DNA of 64,000 bases from Nitrospinota bacterium. Its GTDB lineage: Bacteria; JADFOP01. The notes beneath the pieces were generated by a model. It made no database searches and was not told the DNA's origin. It worked only from the letters and a program-made list of their open reading frames with translations. This document shows, piece after piece, positions 38,277 to 48,587 of the stretch. The translations under genes were made by a program, and so were the position numbers. The stretch covers positions 1 to 64,000 of the forward strand of contig JADFOP010000007.1 of assembly GCA_022562795.1 (NCBI GenBank). Direction: 5' to 3'. Numbering within the stretch: the first letter of the stretch is position 1; every line of letters starts with the position of its first letter.

Positions 38277-39248
38277 TTAGGGGAGCCTATATTTCTTGTA
38301 AGCGCTTTGTTTGAAGTCCACCCCGCCGCCGCGTCGAAGAGCGTAGGACTCCAGGTCGCCGGTTGGAGCCTCAGCACACCCGGCTCCCGGCCAGAAGGAG
38401 AGCCCTGATTCGCACCGCTTTTGGTTCTCGAAGAAGATATACGGGTGCTCCTCCTGTGGTCTATAGATATACCAGACGTATCGAATCCTCAGGGGCCTGC
38501 CGCCTCGAACGGCCGACTCGCTAAGAAAAGGACCCGATAGAACACCATCCTCATCGACCCCGAACCAATTCTTCTTGACCGCGTAGTAGTCCTTGAATTG
38601 ACGTTCGAGGGTGGCTTCCCGCTCCTCCAGACGGTCGAGCGTATCCAGGAGCCGCCCCAAGATTGTGTCTACATGTCGAAGGGGCTTACTGTGCATCTCG
38701 CTGATTCTTCCCTCCAGTTGCTTCGTCTCCTGGTACACCTCCTCAACGGCAAGCACATACTGCGCGACGCGAAAGCGAGGGGCTTCGGGCCGATCCAGGA
38801 CATGGGAAAACCCGCGGAGATCGGATACCGAGCGAATCTGGATTAGAAAGTCGTCGTTGATGTCATCTGCATGAGCGTAGATTATACCGCTTACGGCCTC
38901 CCGGAGCGCATTTGCCCGCTGTTGAGCTTCTCGAATCCCCTCTAAATTTGGGCTTTTCGGAGGCGGGACGTCGTTACACTCGCATCCGCCGGCATAGTGG
39001 GGCTCGAAGCGGTATAGTTTCTTCCAGCCGGCTAGAGCATGGTGGCGGGCGGCTTGGCAATCAGCCAGGGAAAGGCCTTCGCGATCGACTCCCTGGTTTC
39101 CCAACGAAGTGCCGCCACTCGTCGTCTCTTCCCAATGCCACCAGCCCTGGCACATCTGTGTTTCCGGCGGCGGCCCTTGGGCTACAAATCCGCATCCTGC
39201 CAGTCCAAGCAGGAGGGCAAGGAGCCCAATCAGGCTTAATTGGCGCAA
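38277..39248 (-). CDS. hypothetical lipoprotein
   Basis: Signal peptide ending in LAGC lipobox; GAGGAGG RBS. Confidence 0.75.
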   Translation of the reverse strand: MRQLSLIGLLALLLGLAGCGFVAQGPPPETQMCQGWWHWEETTSGGTSLGNQGVDREGLSLADCQAARHHALAGWKKLYRFEPHYAGGCECNDVPPPKSPNLEGIREAQQRANALREAVSGIIYAHADDINDDFLIQIRSVSDLRGFSHVLDRPEAPRFRVAQYVLAVEEVYQETKQLEGRISEMHSKPLRHVDTILGRLLDTLDRLEEREATLERQFKDYYAVKKNWFGVDEDGVLSGPFLSESAVRGGRPLRIRYVWYIYRPQEEHPYIFFENQKRCESGLSFWPGAGCAEAPTGDLESYALRRGGGVDFKQSAYKKYRLP

Positions 39249-39422
39249 GGCAATTCCTCCTCAAATGATTTTTGTGATGGTAGCACAGGCCCATCTTAGG
39301 AGGCAACCGGGCGGGGTAAGATCAGCGCTCGTCGGGCCTTTACGGGCGGGCGGGAGCGGCGAAACACAACACCCCAGGCCCCACAGCCTCCATCATACCG
39401 AGTCAGCCCCCTTCCACAGGAA

Positions 39423-40640
39423 CTACGTCACCCGACTGGCCGCAAGGCTCCGACGGATGGGTTTACGCATAGCGAGGAATGCTGCTGCAGTTGCTACCAT
39501 CATCGCACCGTTCAGGATGAAGCCGACACCATGACCCCACGGCTGGCTGACGACCCCCGCCAGGTAGGCGAACAGCCCCGACGAAAACATATTGATGGTT
39601 AAGATGAAGCCAAAGTGGCCTCCCATTCGAGTATTGGGAAAGATGAGGCTCAAGAGGATGGGGTTCAGGATGAAGAAGAAGGCATCCCCCAATGTGTGGA
39701 GGAGCCTGATGGCCACCAGGCCTGCGAAGGAGCCGGCGAAGGCGGTCGCAGCCTGGAAGATGCCCGACCAAGCCAGGCCAAGGCTCAAAACGACAACCAC
39801 CCGTCGGGTACGGTCGAAGGCGTGGCCGGCCAACAGGCCGATGCCGGCGATCCAGACCCCCACACAGGCGTATACGAGGCCGACCTGGGATGAGCCTAAC
39901 CCAATCATCTCTGTCATCAGAAGCGTCAGGGAGGTCCGCTCCACACCGGCGTGGGAAGCGACCACAAAGGTGGAGGCTACGAGGAATAGTACGGCTGGGC
40001 GCTTCAGGTCGTCGCGGTAGCGGGCGATTTCGAAGCGAATCGGTCTGGTGTCGGGAAGGTAGGCTACCAACAAGCCTAGGAGGGCAAAGCCGCCCAAAGC
40101 GATTGCAAAGAGGGTCTCCATAGGAAAGCGGGTCAAAAGCAGCCCACCCAGGAGGGGACCAAAGCCGTAGCCCAGAACCGTCCCGGCGAAGATGGTTGCG
40201 ATTCTTACCCCCCGCTGCTCATCTCCCAAGAGTTTGAAATAGAGAGTGTTTAAGGGAATGTAGAAGCAGGTGAAGCCAACTCCGCCGATGATAAAGACTG
40301 CGATCAGGCCTACCGTGCCATTGAAGAGAGCCAAGCCCCCGGCAAACGCCATGTTGAGCCCGACACCAACAAACATGAGGCGCTTAGGAGAAAAGCGGTC
40401 GGAGACGATGCCGAAGGGTGCCACAAGAAGGCAGGTCGAAAGGGCGAGGATAGCCATGAAGCCTCCTATCGCGTGGCTTCCAAACCCCAACGCCCGTAGG
40501 TGCACTGGCAGGTAAGCCAGCAGCATCCAATCGGTAAGGTTAAAGAAAAAGACGCACGAGGCGAAGAGAAGACTCTTGCGGGTCGGTAATAAAGGACGGG
40601 GTTCGGTCGTCCCCCGCACCCCTGGCCCTGAGGGTCTCAC
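39423..40640 (-). CDS. MFS transporter
   Basis: About 12 hydrophobic segments, GIVSDRFSPKR motif A. Confidence 0.85.
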   Translation of the reverse strand: MRPSGPGVRGTTEPRPLLPTRKSLLFASCVFFFNLTDWMLLAYLPVHLRALGFGSHAIGGFMAILALSTCLLVAPFGIVSDRFSPKRLMFVGVGLNMAFAGGLALFNGTVGLIAVFIIGGVGFTCFYIPLNTLYFKLLGDEQRGVRIATIFAGTVLGYGFGPLLGGLLLTRFPMETLFAIALGGFALLGLLVAYLPDTRPIRFEIARYRDDLKRPAVLFLVASTFVVASHAGVERTSLTLLMTEMIGLGSSQVGLVYACVGVWIAGIGLLAGHAFDRTRRVVVVLSLGLAWSGIFQAATAFAGSFAGLVAIRLLHTLGDAFFFILNPILLSLIFPNTRMGGHFGFILTINMFSSGLFAYLAGVVSQPWGHGVGFILNGAMMVATAAAFLAMRKPIRRSLAASRVT

Positions 40641-40662
40641 CAGACAATATCCACCTTATCGA

Positions 40663-40995
40663 CTAGCCCTGTTTCTTAAACCTGGGGGGCTTGTACTCAA
40701 TAAACGGACGGTAGACGAGATAGGGAACGAGCGCGGCACCGACAACATCTTCTACGACGATCGTGGGTCGTATGTACAAGAAGCCAGGCAGGAAATGGTT
40801 GGCCGTCATGAAGCTGAAGAAGATGTCGAACGCGAAGGAGCCCATAACGCCCAGGAGCATGAATCGCAGGACGAAGGCGCTCTTCTTCAAGTTCATCGTC
40901 TCATACATCAGCCCTAAAATCCCTCCCACAACCAGGCCTATTACTACGGCCATGGTTAAGTGGAGCACGCTCATGGAAAAAAACTGAAAGAGCAT
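40663..40995 (-). CDS. small membrane protein
   Basis: Three hydrophobic segments, GGAG RBS, operon context. Confidence 0.65.
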   Translation of the reverse strand: MLFQFFSMSVLHLTMAVVIGLVVGGILGLMYETMNLKKSAFVLRFMLLGVMGSFAFDIFFSFMTANHFLPGFLYIRPTIVVEDVVGAALVPYLVYRPFIEYKPPRFKKQG

Positions 40996-41012
40996 CGAGC
41001 TAAACTCCCTGG

Positions 41013-41900
41013 CTAGGGTCGCTGTCGGAGTCTATCGGCATAACCCAAGATGGTCAAGGCGTAGAGGCGGCTGTTGTTGTAGGTCCTAAGGACCTTATAC
41101 TTCTGAGGCCGGTCAAGGCCCGGCCGCCACCCATGGCGCTGGAGGTACGCTCCTACGCTGGCGGCGGCATCAGGGAGGATATCGAGGTCTACCTGCCCGT
41201 CGCTGTTTCCATCAACGGCGTAAGTAAGAAAGCTGGAGGGGATGAATTGGGGTATGCCGAACGCCCCAGCCCACGACCCTCTCAGCTCGTGGACGTCCAA
41301 GCCCTGCCTGTCCGCCAGCTGGAGCAGGGCCTTGAGCTCACCGTATGCCCACAACGCTTTTTTACGGGCACGGCCGCGGATTTCGGCCTTGGTTGTGCCG
41401 GGATAGCGGGCCTGGAGTCGTCGGAGAGCCAATTCAATGTGATTCGGCTTCTCCGCTACGGCCAGCGAGGAGTAGACATTAAAGACCCTGTAGCGGCCCA
41501 CGTCGCGACCGAAACGGCTCTCCACAAAGAGGATGGCCACGAGAACTTCGGCGGGGACTCCGAATCGCCCTGTCACGCTCTCTAGAAGAAGACGGTGGCG
41601 ATTTAGAAAGTCCATGCCTTGACGGACGGACTTCACGGAGAGGAAATGGTTATAGTCGGCGGGCCGCTCTATGCGCTTAAGATTGGTGGCCACCGCCCCG
41701 CTAAGATAGGCCGTTCGCGGATCGGCATAGAGGCGCTCCAGGACCTCCCCGTCGAACCCATCATTGGTGAGCCTCTCCAGCAGGGGTCGGAATGCCTCAG
41801 GGACCGGCCCACCGTGGGCTCCCGCAGTATGATTTGAGCCGGGCCACAGAACAATCCCCGCTATTGCCAAGGCCGCCAGAAGGGCTCGTCCTTCGGTCAT
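41013..41900 (-). CDS. mltB: lytic murein transglycosylase B family
   Basis: AILFVESRFG, GSWAGAFGIPQFIPSS, AVDGNSDG EF-hand-like loop, YNNSRLY. Confidence 0.88.
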   Translation of the reverse strand: MTEGRALLAALAIAGIVLWPGSNHTAGAHGGPVPEAFRPLLERLTNDGFDGEVLERLYADPRTAYLSGAVATNLKRIERPADYNHFLSVKSVRQGMDFLNRHRLLLESVTGRFGVPAEVLVAILFVESRFGRDVGRYRVFNVYSSLAVAEKPNHIELALRRLQARYPGTTKAEIRGRARKKALWAYGELKALLQLADRQGLDVHELRGSWAGAFGIPQFIPSSFLTYAVDGNSDGQVDLDILPDAAASVGAYLQRHGWRPGLDRPQKYKVLRTYNNSRLYALTILGYADRLRQRP

Positions 41901-42763
41901 GACGTCAACACCGCCTCGGCCCTAAGCTCGGCCGAAGCCCGCTGGAGAAACCTCATTATCTGCCACCCCATATAAGCGACCGCAGCCGACATTAGAGCCA
42001 GAGAAACGGCGCTCAGCCGCTCAGTGTCGTAGCCCGGAAGGAGGTTGAGCACCAATAGATTGACCGAATTATTAGCGAAATGGAATACAACGGCCGGCCA
42101 CACGCTCCGGTAGCGAATAACAATGTAGCCCATTATGTAGCTCACAAGGAGGTCGAAGGGTACCCGAAGTATGCCCAAGTGAACGAAGGCGAAGAGAGCC
42201 GCCGTGATCCAAATGCCCCGCCGGGCCCCCAGGCGTCCGACAAGGGTTGACTGGACATAGCCCCGAAAGAGCAGCTCTTCGACGAGGGCTGGCGCAATGC
42301 ACACTACCCAAATCTGGCCCGCCACGGGCAGAGAAAGGATTGTTTTAGTGAAGGTCTCGTAGCCGAAATATGAGTTTAGGTCTATGTAGCGGACGATTTC
42401 CGGCACCAACCTGCTGGCCAGAGCCAGAATGAATACCTGGAAAGCCACCAGGACACAGCCCGCAGCACCGAAAAGGGGAAGGCTGCTCCAGGCGACCCTC
42501 CTAAGCTGGAGTGTGTCCCGTACATCGAGTCGGAAGAAGAGCATCACCAACCCCAAGGGGATGAGGAAAAAGATGATCTCATCCATATAAAGGTCCCATA
42601 CAAGGGGCAGACCCGCAAAGACCTTGAACCGAAGGGCCAGGTATATGGCGCCCACTATGATGATCAGGAAAAAATAGACGAGAAGGCTCTTTAAGGGTGG
42701 GGCCATCTCTCCAGGCTTAAGCGTCGCTATTCTCTCCACTCCCCTCTCCAGACATAGGCGCAC
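41897..42763 (-). CDS. CPBP/Abi family intramembrane glutamic endopeptidase
   Basis: EELLFRG, FAFVH, HFANN; start uncertain. Confidence 0.88.
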   Translation of the reverse strand: MRLCLERGVERIATLKPGEMAPPLKSLLVYFFLIIIVGAIYLALRFKVFAGLPLVWDLYMDEIIFFLIPLGLVMLFFRLDVRDTLQLRRVAWSSLPLFGAAGCVLVAFQVFILALASRLVPEIVRYIDLNSYFGYETFTKTILSLPVAGQIWVVCIAPALVEELLFRGYVQSTLVGRLGARRGIWITAALFAFVHLGILRVPFDLLVSYIMGYIVIRYRSVWPAVVFHFANNSVNLLVLNLLPGYDTERLSAVSLALMSAAVAYMGWQIMRFLQRASAELRAEAVLTS

Positions 42764-42930
42764 AACGTTTCGTTCCGCATTCTACCGACCAATGACTCGA
42801 AGGCGCAATGGGGACCCTAGTGAGCTGATTGAGGAGGGACTCACACGGGTCGTCTCAGACGTTTAAGGAAAAGTCTCTCAAACAAAAAATCCGCACCCAG
42901 ATTCTCCCAGAGCAAATAAAACCCGTCCCA

Positions 42931-44124
42931 CTATTTTATGTAAATGAGCAGGCGTTCACCCGCGTAGATTGGCTCGCCCTTGCGTATGCTGTTCCACTTG
43001 CGCAGCGCCTTGATTGTAACCCCGTAGCGTTCGGAGATAGCCCAAAGGCTGTCACCCTTCTTGACCCGATATTTGACAGCCTTGCGCCCTTTGAGGGCAG
43101 CCATGGTCTGGCGCCTGTTACGCTGGCGGATGGCTTTGAGGTTGGCTTGAAAGTCCTTCGCCGCCCCGGCGGGAACGCGGATACGATGGACCCCACGGGG
43201 CAGGCTATCGCGGCGCAACTGGGGGTTCAGTTTCTTGATGTGGCGGAAGTAGGTCCCGCCCGCCTCGGCCACATCCCTTAGGTGAAGCTTACTGCCGCGC
43301 ACCCTCAAATTAATCCAAGTGGTGGCCAAAGGCTCGTAGAGCTCGGCCGCTTCAAGTGCAAATCCATACTTCGCAGGGTTCTCAAGGATAATTTTGGCTG
43401 CGATGATTCGGAAGACATACCGTTCGGTCTCCCTGGGCAGGGCGAGCTGATAGTAGTTGACGACCCTCTGGGTGAGCATCGCCTCGCGCACCCGTTCGGC
43501 CCCGGAGTTGTACGCGGCCAGGGCCAGGGGCCAGCTCTGAAAATCCTCAAAGAGGTCCTTGAGGTACCGGAGCGCCCCATCGGTGGCCTTCTCAAAGTCG
43601 CGCCGCTCGTCCAACCAGTAGGTATGGCTCATGCCGTAACTCCGTCCCGTCGAACGGATGAACTGCCACATTCCAACAGCCCCGGCCCCACTGCGGGCCT
43701 GGGGGTTGAGGCTCGACTCAACAACCGTCATGTACTTCACATCATCCGGCAGACCTGCAAGACGAATGTGGCTCTCGATGTGGGGGAAGTAACGGTTAGC
43801 CCGCTTTAGCCAGAGAATGACAAGCGGCTCACCCGAAAGGATGGAAAGAAATTCCCGCTCTAGGCGCTCTTTTACGTCCCAAAGCTCTATGGGAACGTGC
43901 TCGCCGCAAAATACGATGGCCTTCGGGAGCTTGTATGAAGCCAGAGGGAGGCGGTGATTGGCGGCATGGAATTCACTTAGTAAATCGCTGGTGGCATCGC
44001 CCGAGGATTCTTGGGCCTGTGCCGAAACGGCCACGAGGCATATAAGGACAAGAGCAATGGAGAACAGCGCCCGAAGGATGGGGACCCCGCCTGCCGAAAC
44101 CCCCGCCATCGAACGGCTATTCAT
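42931..44124 (-). CDS. MltD-like lytic transglycosylase with LysM domain
   Basis: VESSL, GMWQF, AAYNSG, ETERYV, YRVKKGDSLW.I LysM; start uncertain. Confidence 0.9.
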   Translation of the reverse strand: MNSRSMAGVSAGGVPILRALFSIALVLICLVAVSAQAQESSGDATSDLLSEFHAANHRLPLASYKLPKAIVFCGEHVPIELWDVKERLEREFLSILSGEPLVILWLKRANRYFPHIESHIRLAGLPDDVKYMTVVESSLNPQARSGAGAVGMWQFIRSTGRSYGMSHTYWLDERRDFEKATDGALRYLKDLFEDFQSWPLALAAYNSGAERVREAMLTQRVVNYYQLALPRETERYVFRIIAAKIILENPAKYGFALEAAELYEPLATTWINLRVRGSKLHLRDVAEAGGTYFRHIKKLNPQLRRDSLPRGVHRIRVPAGAAKDFQANLKAIRQRNRRQTMAALKGRKAVKYRVKKGDSLWAISERYGVTIKALRKWNSIRKGEPIYAGERLLIYIK

Positions 44125-44415
44125 AATCGACTCATGGCACACGGAGAAAAAACCCTCCCGAGCAAAGCACTCTTGACCCCAACATTTTAAGCTAACCCAT
44201 TCGGCAGAACCTTTGCAACCATTTTCCACATTTCTTGGAAGTATTCATCGGCTGTGGTATGATTTCGCATCCCGAGCCCTCCTGGCGCTGGGGTAAAAAA
44301 CAGCTTGTCCCCCAAGGACGCCATCGGTGCCGGCCAGCTTTGAGGGCCGTCCATCCCGCGGGCTTGCTTCGTAGCCAAAAACCCCTTTCCAAGCCTGGAG
44401 ACCGCCACGAAAGAG

Positions 44416-45918
44416 ATGAGCGCCGGCAGAGAACAGTGGCGAACCCGTCGTGGTTTCCTCTTTGCTGCCATAGGCAGCGCCATCGGCCTGGGCAACATCT
44501 GGCGCTTCTCCTACATGACTTACACCAACGGCGGGGCGGCTTTTCTTATCCCATACGCACTGGCCCTCATTACGGCTGGCATCCCCATCCTCATCCTTGA
44601 GTTCGGCCTGGGCCACCGTATGGGGGTAGCCGCGCCCCTAGCCTTCCGACGCATCGATAGACGGTGGGAGCTTCTGGGCTGGTGGCCTATTATCTTTATC
44701 ATGATCGGAATCGAGCTCTACTATACAGTCATCCTCGGATGGTGCGTGAATTACCTAGCCTACGCCACCCGGCTGACCTGGGGCGCCGACGCCAACGCCT
44801 TCTTTTTCAAGGAGTTTCTGCAACTCTCCGGAGGGCCCTGGGAGGTGGGCAAGCCCGTGGGCGTGATAGTAATCGGGCTGGCCATCGTGTGGGCGGCCAA
44901 CTGGTTCATCTGCACCAAAGGCATCCAGAAGGGTGTGGAGCGCGCCTGCCTCGTATTCATGCCGCTGTTGGTCTTCCTCATCGCCATGCTCATAATCCGG
45001 GGCTTCACCCTCCCCGGCGCCAAGCAGGGGCTCACTTGGTACCTGAAGCCCGACTTCTCCAAACTCACAAACCTGGCCGTCTGGCGAAGCGCCTATAGCC
45101 AAACTTTCTTCAGCCTCTCCATCGCATTCGGCATCATGATTACCTACGCCAGTTATCTGCCGCGCAAGGCCGACATAACCGCAAGCGCCATCATCACCGG
45201 CTGCGCCGACTTCGCCTTCAGTATCTTCGCAGGCTTAGCGGTCTTTGCGACCATGGGATTCATGGCGCACACCTCCGGGTTGCCCTTCGATAAGGTCGTC
45301 ACCGAGGGAATCGGGCTCGCCTTCGTCGCCTACCCAAAGGCCATCAACGCCATGCCCTACTTGCCGGCGGCCTTCGGGATTGCCTTCTTCCTCGCCCTCA
45401 TCATCGCAGGACTCTCCTCATCGGTCTCAATAGTCGAGGCCTTCGCATCGAGCCTCATGGACGAGTACGGCATAAGCCGCGGCGTGACTATCACCCTAAG
45501 CTGCATCGCGGGCTTCATCCTAAGCCTCATCTTCACGACCCGTGGAGGCCTCTTCTGGCTCGATATCGTAGACCACTACATCCTGGAGTACGGGCTCATT
45601 GTGGTGGGCCTGCTGGAGTGTCTCGTGATCGGGTGGGTTTTCGGGGCCGGAAACATGCGGAAACATGTCAACGCCACCAGCTCCATCAAGATTGGGCGCG
45701 TTTGGGAGTTCTTCATCAAGTATTTGACGCCCGCCATCCTGGGCTTCATCCTCGTGGCTACCCTCATCGAAGAGGTTCAGGCCCCCTACGGTGGATACCC
45801 CCGGTTGGCAACTCTTCTTATAGGCGGTGGGTGGCTGGTAATGACTCTCCTGGTGGCCTGGTTCCTCACCACCCGCCGAAAACGGATCGACGTCCAGCAT
45901 CTTCCGGAAAGCCCCTGA
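44416..45918 (+). CDS. sodium-dependent transporter, SNF/NSS family
   Basis: REQW, GSAIGLGNIWRF, NGGAAFLIPY, FFSLS, YASY. Confidence 0.93.
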   Translation: MSAGREQWRTRRGFLFAAIGSAIGLGNIWRFSYMTYTNGGAAFLIPYALALITAGIPILILEFGLGHRMGVAAPLAFRRIDRRWELLGWWPIIFIMIGIELYYTVILGWCVNYLAYATRLTWGADANAFFFKEFLQLSGGPWEVGKPVGVIVIGLAIVWAANWFICTKGIQKGVERACLVFMPLLVFLIAMLIIRGFTLPGAKQGLTWYLKPDFSKLTNLAVWRSAYSQTFFSLSIAFGIMITYASYLPRKADITASAIITGCADFAFSIFAGLAVFATMGFMAHTSGLPFDKVVTEGIGLAFVAYPKAINAMPYLPAAFGIAFFLALIIAGLSSSVSIVEAFASSLMDEYGISRGVTITLSCIAGFILSLIFTTRGGLFWLDIVDHYILEYGLIVVGLLECLVIGWVFGAGNMRKHVNATSSIKIGRVWEFFIKYLTPAILGFILVATLIEEVQAPYGGYPRLATLLIGGGWLVMTLLVAWFLTTRRKRIDVQHLPESP

Positions 45919-45937
45919 GGCTGCCTTATACTGTTTC

Positions 45938-47191
45938 TCATTCCGACGGAACGTACCGGTGTAAGATTACCAGGCCCGCCCCCACCATGACGGCCAGCAC
46001 CGCAACGGCTATCCGATACCGGAGCGCCCCTGGCAAGCCGGCGGCCGCCCACACGATGCCGCCCCAGACCAGCGGCCCCACGATGGCGGCGGCTTTGCCG
46101 CTCATCGCATAGAGGCCGAAGAACTCCGCCAGCTCGTCCCCAGGGACAAGCCTTACGAGCAGGGGCCGCGCGGCCGTCCACGTCCCGCCGAGACAGATCC
46201 CGATGGCCGAGCCAAGCACCCACGCCACGAGCCCGTGGCTGGCCAGGGCGAGAACCACCAGGCAGACGAGCCACCCGACCAGCACCCCCTCGAGGGTCCG
46301 CTTCGGCCCCACCCTGTCGACCAGCCGACCCAATACCAAAGAGCCCGCGACGGCCGAGACGGTCGATAGGATGAAGAAGGGGGTGAGCTCACTGTCGGTG
46401 AAACCCCATACCCGATGGGCGTAGACGGCCATGAAGATTATCACCGTGGCGATGGCCTCCTCGTAGAGGAACTTTGCTACGAGGAAGGCCCTAAGGCCGG
46501 GGTAGAGGCGGGCGTTGGTAAGGGTCTCACGCACCTTCCCGAAGGCCTCCATCCAGGAGGGACCTCGGGCCGGGGCGGGACGGGGCTCCGATGCCTCGGT
46601 CACCCAGAGAAGACAAGGCACGGCGAAAAGAGCGAAGAGGACGGCTGTGGGCAGGAACGTCGCAGCGCGGCCGGCGCCCGTGATGAATGGGACGTTCCAG
46701 CCGAAGAGGCTGCCGGTGGCGAAGGGCAGCACGAATATCATCCCGGCTATCGCACCCAAGTAGCCAAGAGCCACTCCGTAGCCCGATATGCGCCCCACTT
46801 CGGCCGGGCCGGCCACGGCCGGCAGGAGGGCGTTGTAGAAGACGAGGCCTCCCTGGTAGGCGTAGTTGGCCGCTATGAAGGCAACGACGGCGGCTGCCGG
46901 TGAGACGCGCCCCCCCATCCCGATGAGAGCAGTGAAGGCGCAGGCGACGGCCGTAAAGACGACAAGGAAGGCTCTACGGCGCCGGCCGTGGTCAGCCAGG
47001 ACCCCAAGGAGTGGCATGGAGAGGGCCACAAGGGCCATGGAGCCGCTGTTGGCCAGACTCACCCACAGGTCAGATGCTCCCAGGTCGGCCGTCAACCAGA
47101 GGGGAAAGTAGAGGGAGACGACGTTCATCGAGAAGATTGTGTTTGCGAAATCGTAGAAGCACCAAGAAGCAACCGTGCGGCGGGAGGACAT
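45938..47191 (-). CDS. MFS transporter, UMF1-like
   Basis: WCFYDFAN, VFYNALLP, GRISGYG, EFFGLY. Confidence 0.88.
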   Translation of the reverse strand: MSSRRTVASWCFYDFANTIFSMNVVSLYFPLWLTADLGASDLWVSLANSGSMALVALSMPLLGVLADHGRRRRAFLVVFTAVACAFTALIGMGGRVSPAAAVVAFIAANYAYQGGLVFYNALLPAVAGPAEVGRISGYGVALGYLGAIAGMIFVLPFATGSLFGWNVPFITGAGRAATFLPTAVLFALFAVPCLLWVTEASEPRPAPARGPSWMEAFGKVRETLTNARLYPGLRAFLVAKFLYEEAIATVIIFMAVYAHRVWGFTDSELTPFFILSTVSAVAGSLVLGRLVDRVGPKRTLEGVLVGWLVCLVVLALASHGLVAWVLGSAIGICLGGTWTAARPLLVRLVPGDELAEFFGLYAMSGKAAAIVGPLVWGGIVWAAAGLPGALRYRIAVAVLAVMVGAGLVILHRYVPSE

Positions 47192-47316
47192 TGTGGAGGC
47201 TAGTCGACGGGACGACTCAGGATCAGGATAATCACAGAGAGGCGGACCTCATATTGCGATGAGGGGCTCTGGTAGGCCATCGCCGCCGAGCCCACATGAG
47301 GTTCTAGCTACCGGCG

Positions 47317-47880
47317 TCAGTCGGCGCCCGACCACCGCTCGAAGAGCTTGTGAGCGACCCCCAGCCGGTCGCAGATCTTGCCCACCACATGGTTTACGAG
47401 GTCGTCCAAAGATTGGGGACGGTGGTAGAAGCCGGGGCTGGCCGGGAGGACGACGGCCCCGATCCGGGCGACTTTCAAGAGGTTCTCCAGGTGTCCCACG
47501 TGGAGCGGCGACTCCCTGGGTACGACGATGAGGGGCCGGCCCTCCTTGAGCATGACGTCAGCCGCCCGGTGGATGAGGTTCGTAGTCAACCCCGCTGCCA
47601 CGGTAGCCAGGGTGGAGGCGGAGCAGGGGCATATCACCATGGCCTCGAGGCCCGCGGTGCCACTGGCCGGAGTCGCCCCTATATCCCCAGGATCGTAGCA
47701 GGTGTAGGCCCTGGGGGCGATGTCGTCTACGGTGAGGTCGAGCTCGTGACCCATGACTTTAGCCCCGGAGCCAGAGACGATGAGATGAATCTCGGAGCCG
47801 GCGGCCGCCAGGGCCTCGACGAGCTTGACGCCGTAGATAGCCCCTGATGCGCCGGTTATCGCGACAACGATTCGCTGCAC
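47317..47880 (-). CDS. ubiX: flavin prenyltransferase UbiX
   Basis: VAITGASGAIYG, ASG, PCS, RAADVMLKE, PRESP, PGFY. Confidence 0.95.
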   Translation of the reverse strand: MQRIVVAITGASGAIYGVKLVEALAAAGSEIHLIVSGSGAKVMGHELDLTVDDIAPRAYTCYDPGDIGATPASGTAGLEAMVICPCSASTLATVAAGLTTNLIHRAADVMLKEGRPLIVVPRESPLHVGHLENLLKVARIGAVVLPASPGFYHRPQSLDDLVNHVVGKICDRLGVAHKLFERWSGAD

Positions 47881-47961
47881 GGGGGATTGCTCCTCAGGGG
47901 GTCTGTGCCATATGTGGGAATCTTAGGCCCAGATCGGGGGAAAGTCAACGCGCAAAAAGGT

Positions 47962-48486
47962 TTACCCCCCCAGGGCTTTCACCAGCTCTCGGCAAAACGC
48001 CGGCAGGTCGGAGGGCATGCGGGAGGTGACCAGCGTTCCGTCCACCACCACCTCCTTATCAACCCACGTCGCCCCGGCGTTGACCATATCGTCTTTGATG
48101 GCGAAGAAGCTCGTCAGCGTCTTGCCCTGGAGAATCCCCGCGGAGACGAGCATCCAGCCGGCGTGGCAAATGGCGGCCACCACCTTGCCCTCATCGTGCA
48201 TGGCACGAACGAAGTCAACGAGCTCGGGGCTGCGTCGCATGTGGTCGGGGGCGTAACCGCCGGGGATGACGACGGCGTCGTATGTGGCGGCCTGAGCCTC
48301 CTTGGCCTCCACGGTGGCCTCCACCGGGTATCCGTACTTGCTGGTGAATTTCCCCTTCTTGGCGGCAACGATGTCAACCTGGGCCCCTTCTTCGATGAGC
48401 CGATAGTATGGGACCCATAGCTCCGTATCCTCGTAGAAGTTGTCCGCCAGAACGGCTACCCTCTTGCCCGTCAGATGATGAGACAT
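47962..48486 (-). CDS. PfpI/DJ-1 family (type 1 glutamine amidotransferase-like) protein
   Basis: YEDTEL, IPGGYAPD, AICHAG, VTSRMPSDL. Confidence 0.92.
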   Translation of the reverse strand: MSHHLTGKRVAVLADNFYEDTELWVPYYRLIEEGAQVDIVAAKKGKFTSKYGYPVEATVEAKEAQAATYDAVVIPGGYAPDHMRRSPELVDFVRAMHDEGKVVAAICHAGWMLVSAGILQGKTLTSFFAIKDDMVNAGATWVDKEVVVDGTLVTSRMPSDLPAFCRELVKALGG

Positions 48487-48587
48487 CAGCTCTATCTCCT
48501 TATTTATCAAAATGTTTACCAGGAATATCTAAAGCATTGCTTTAATCATGTTCCCTCATCCCGGAAGGGAGATACGCCTCCTTCCCC

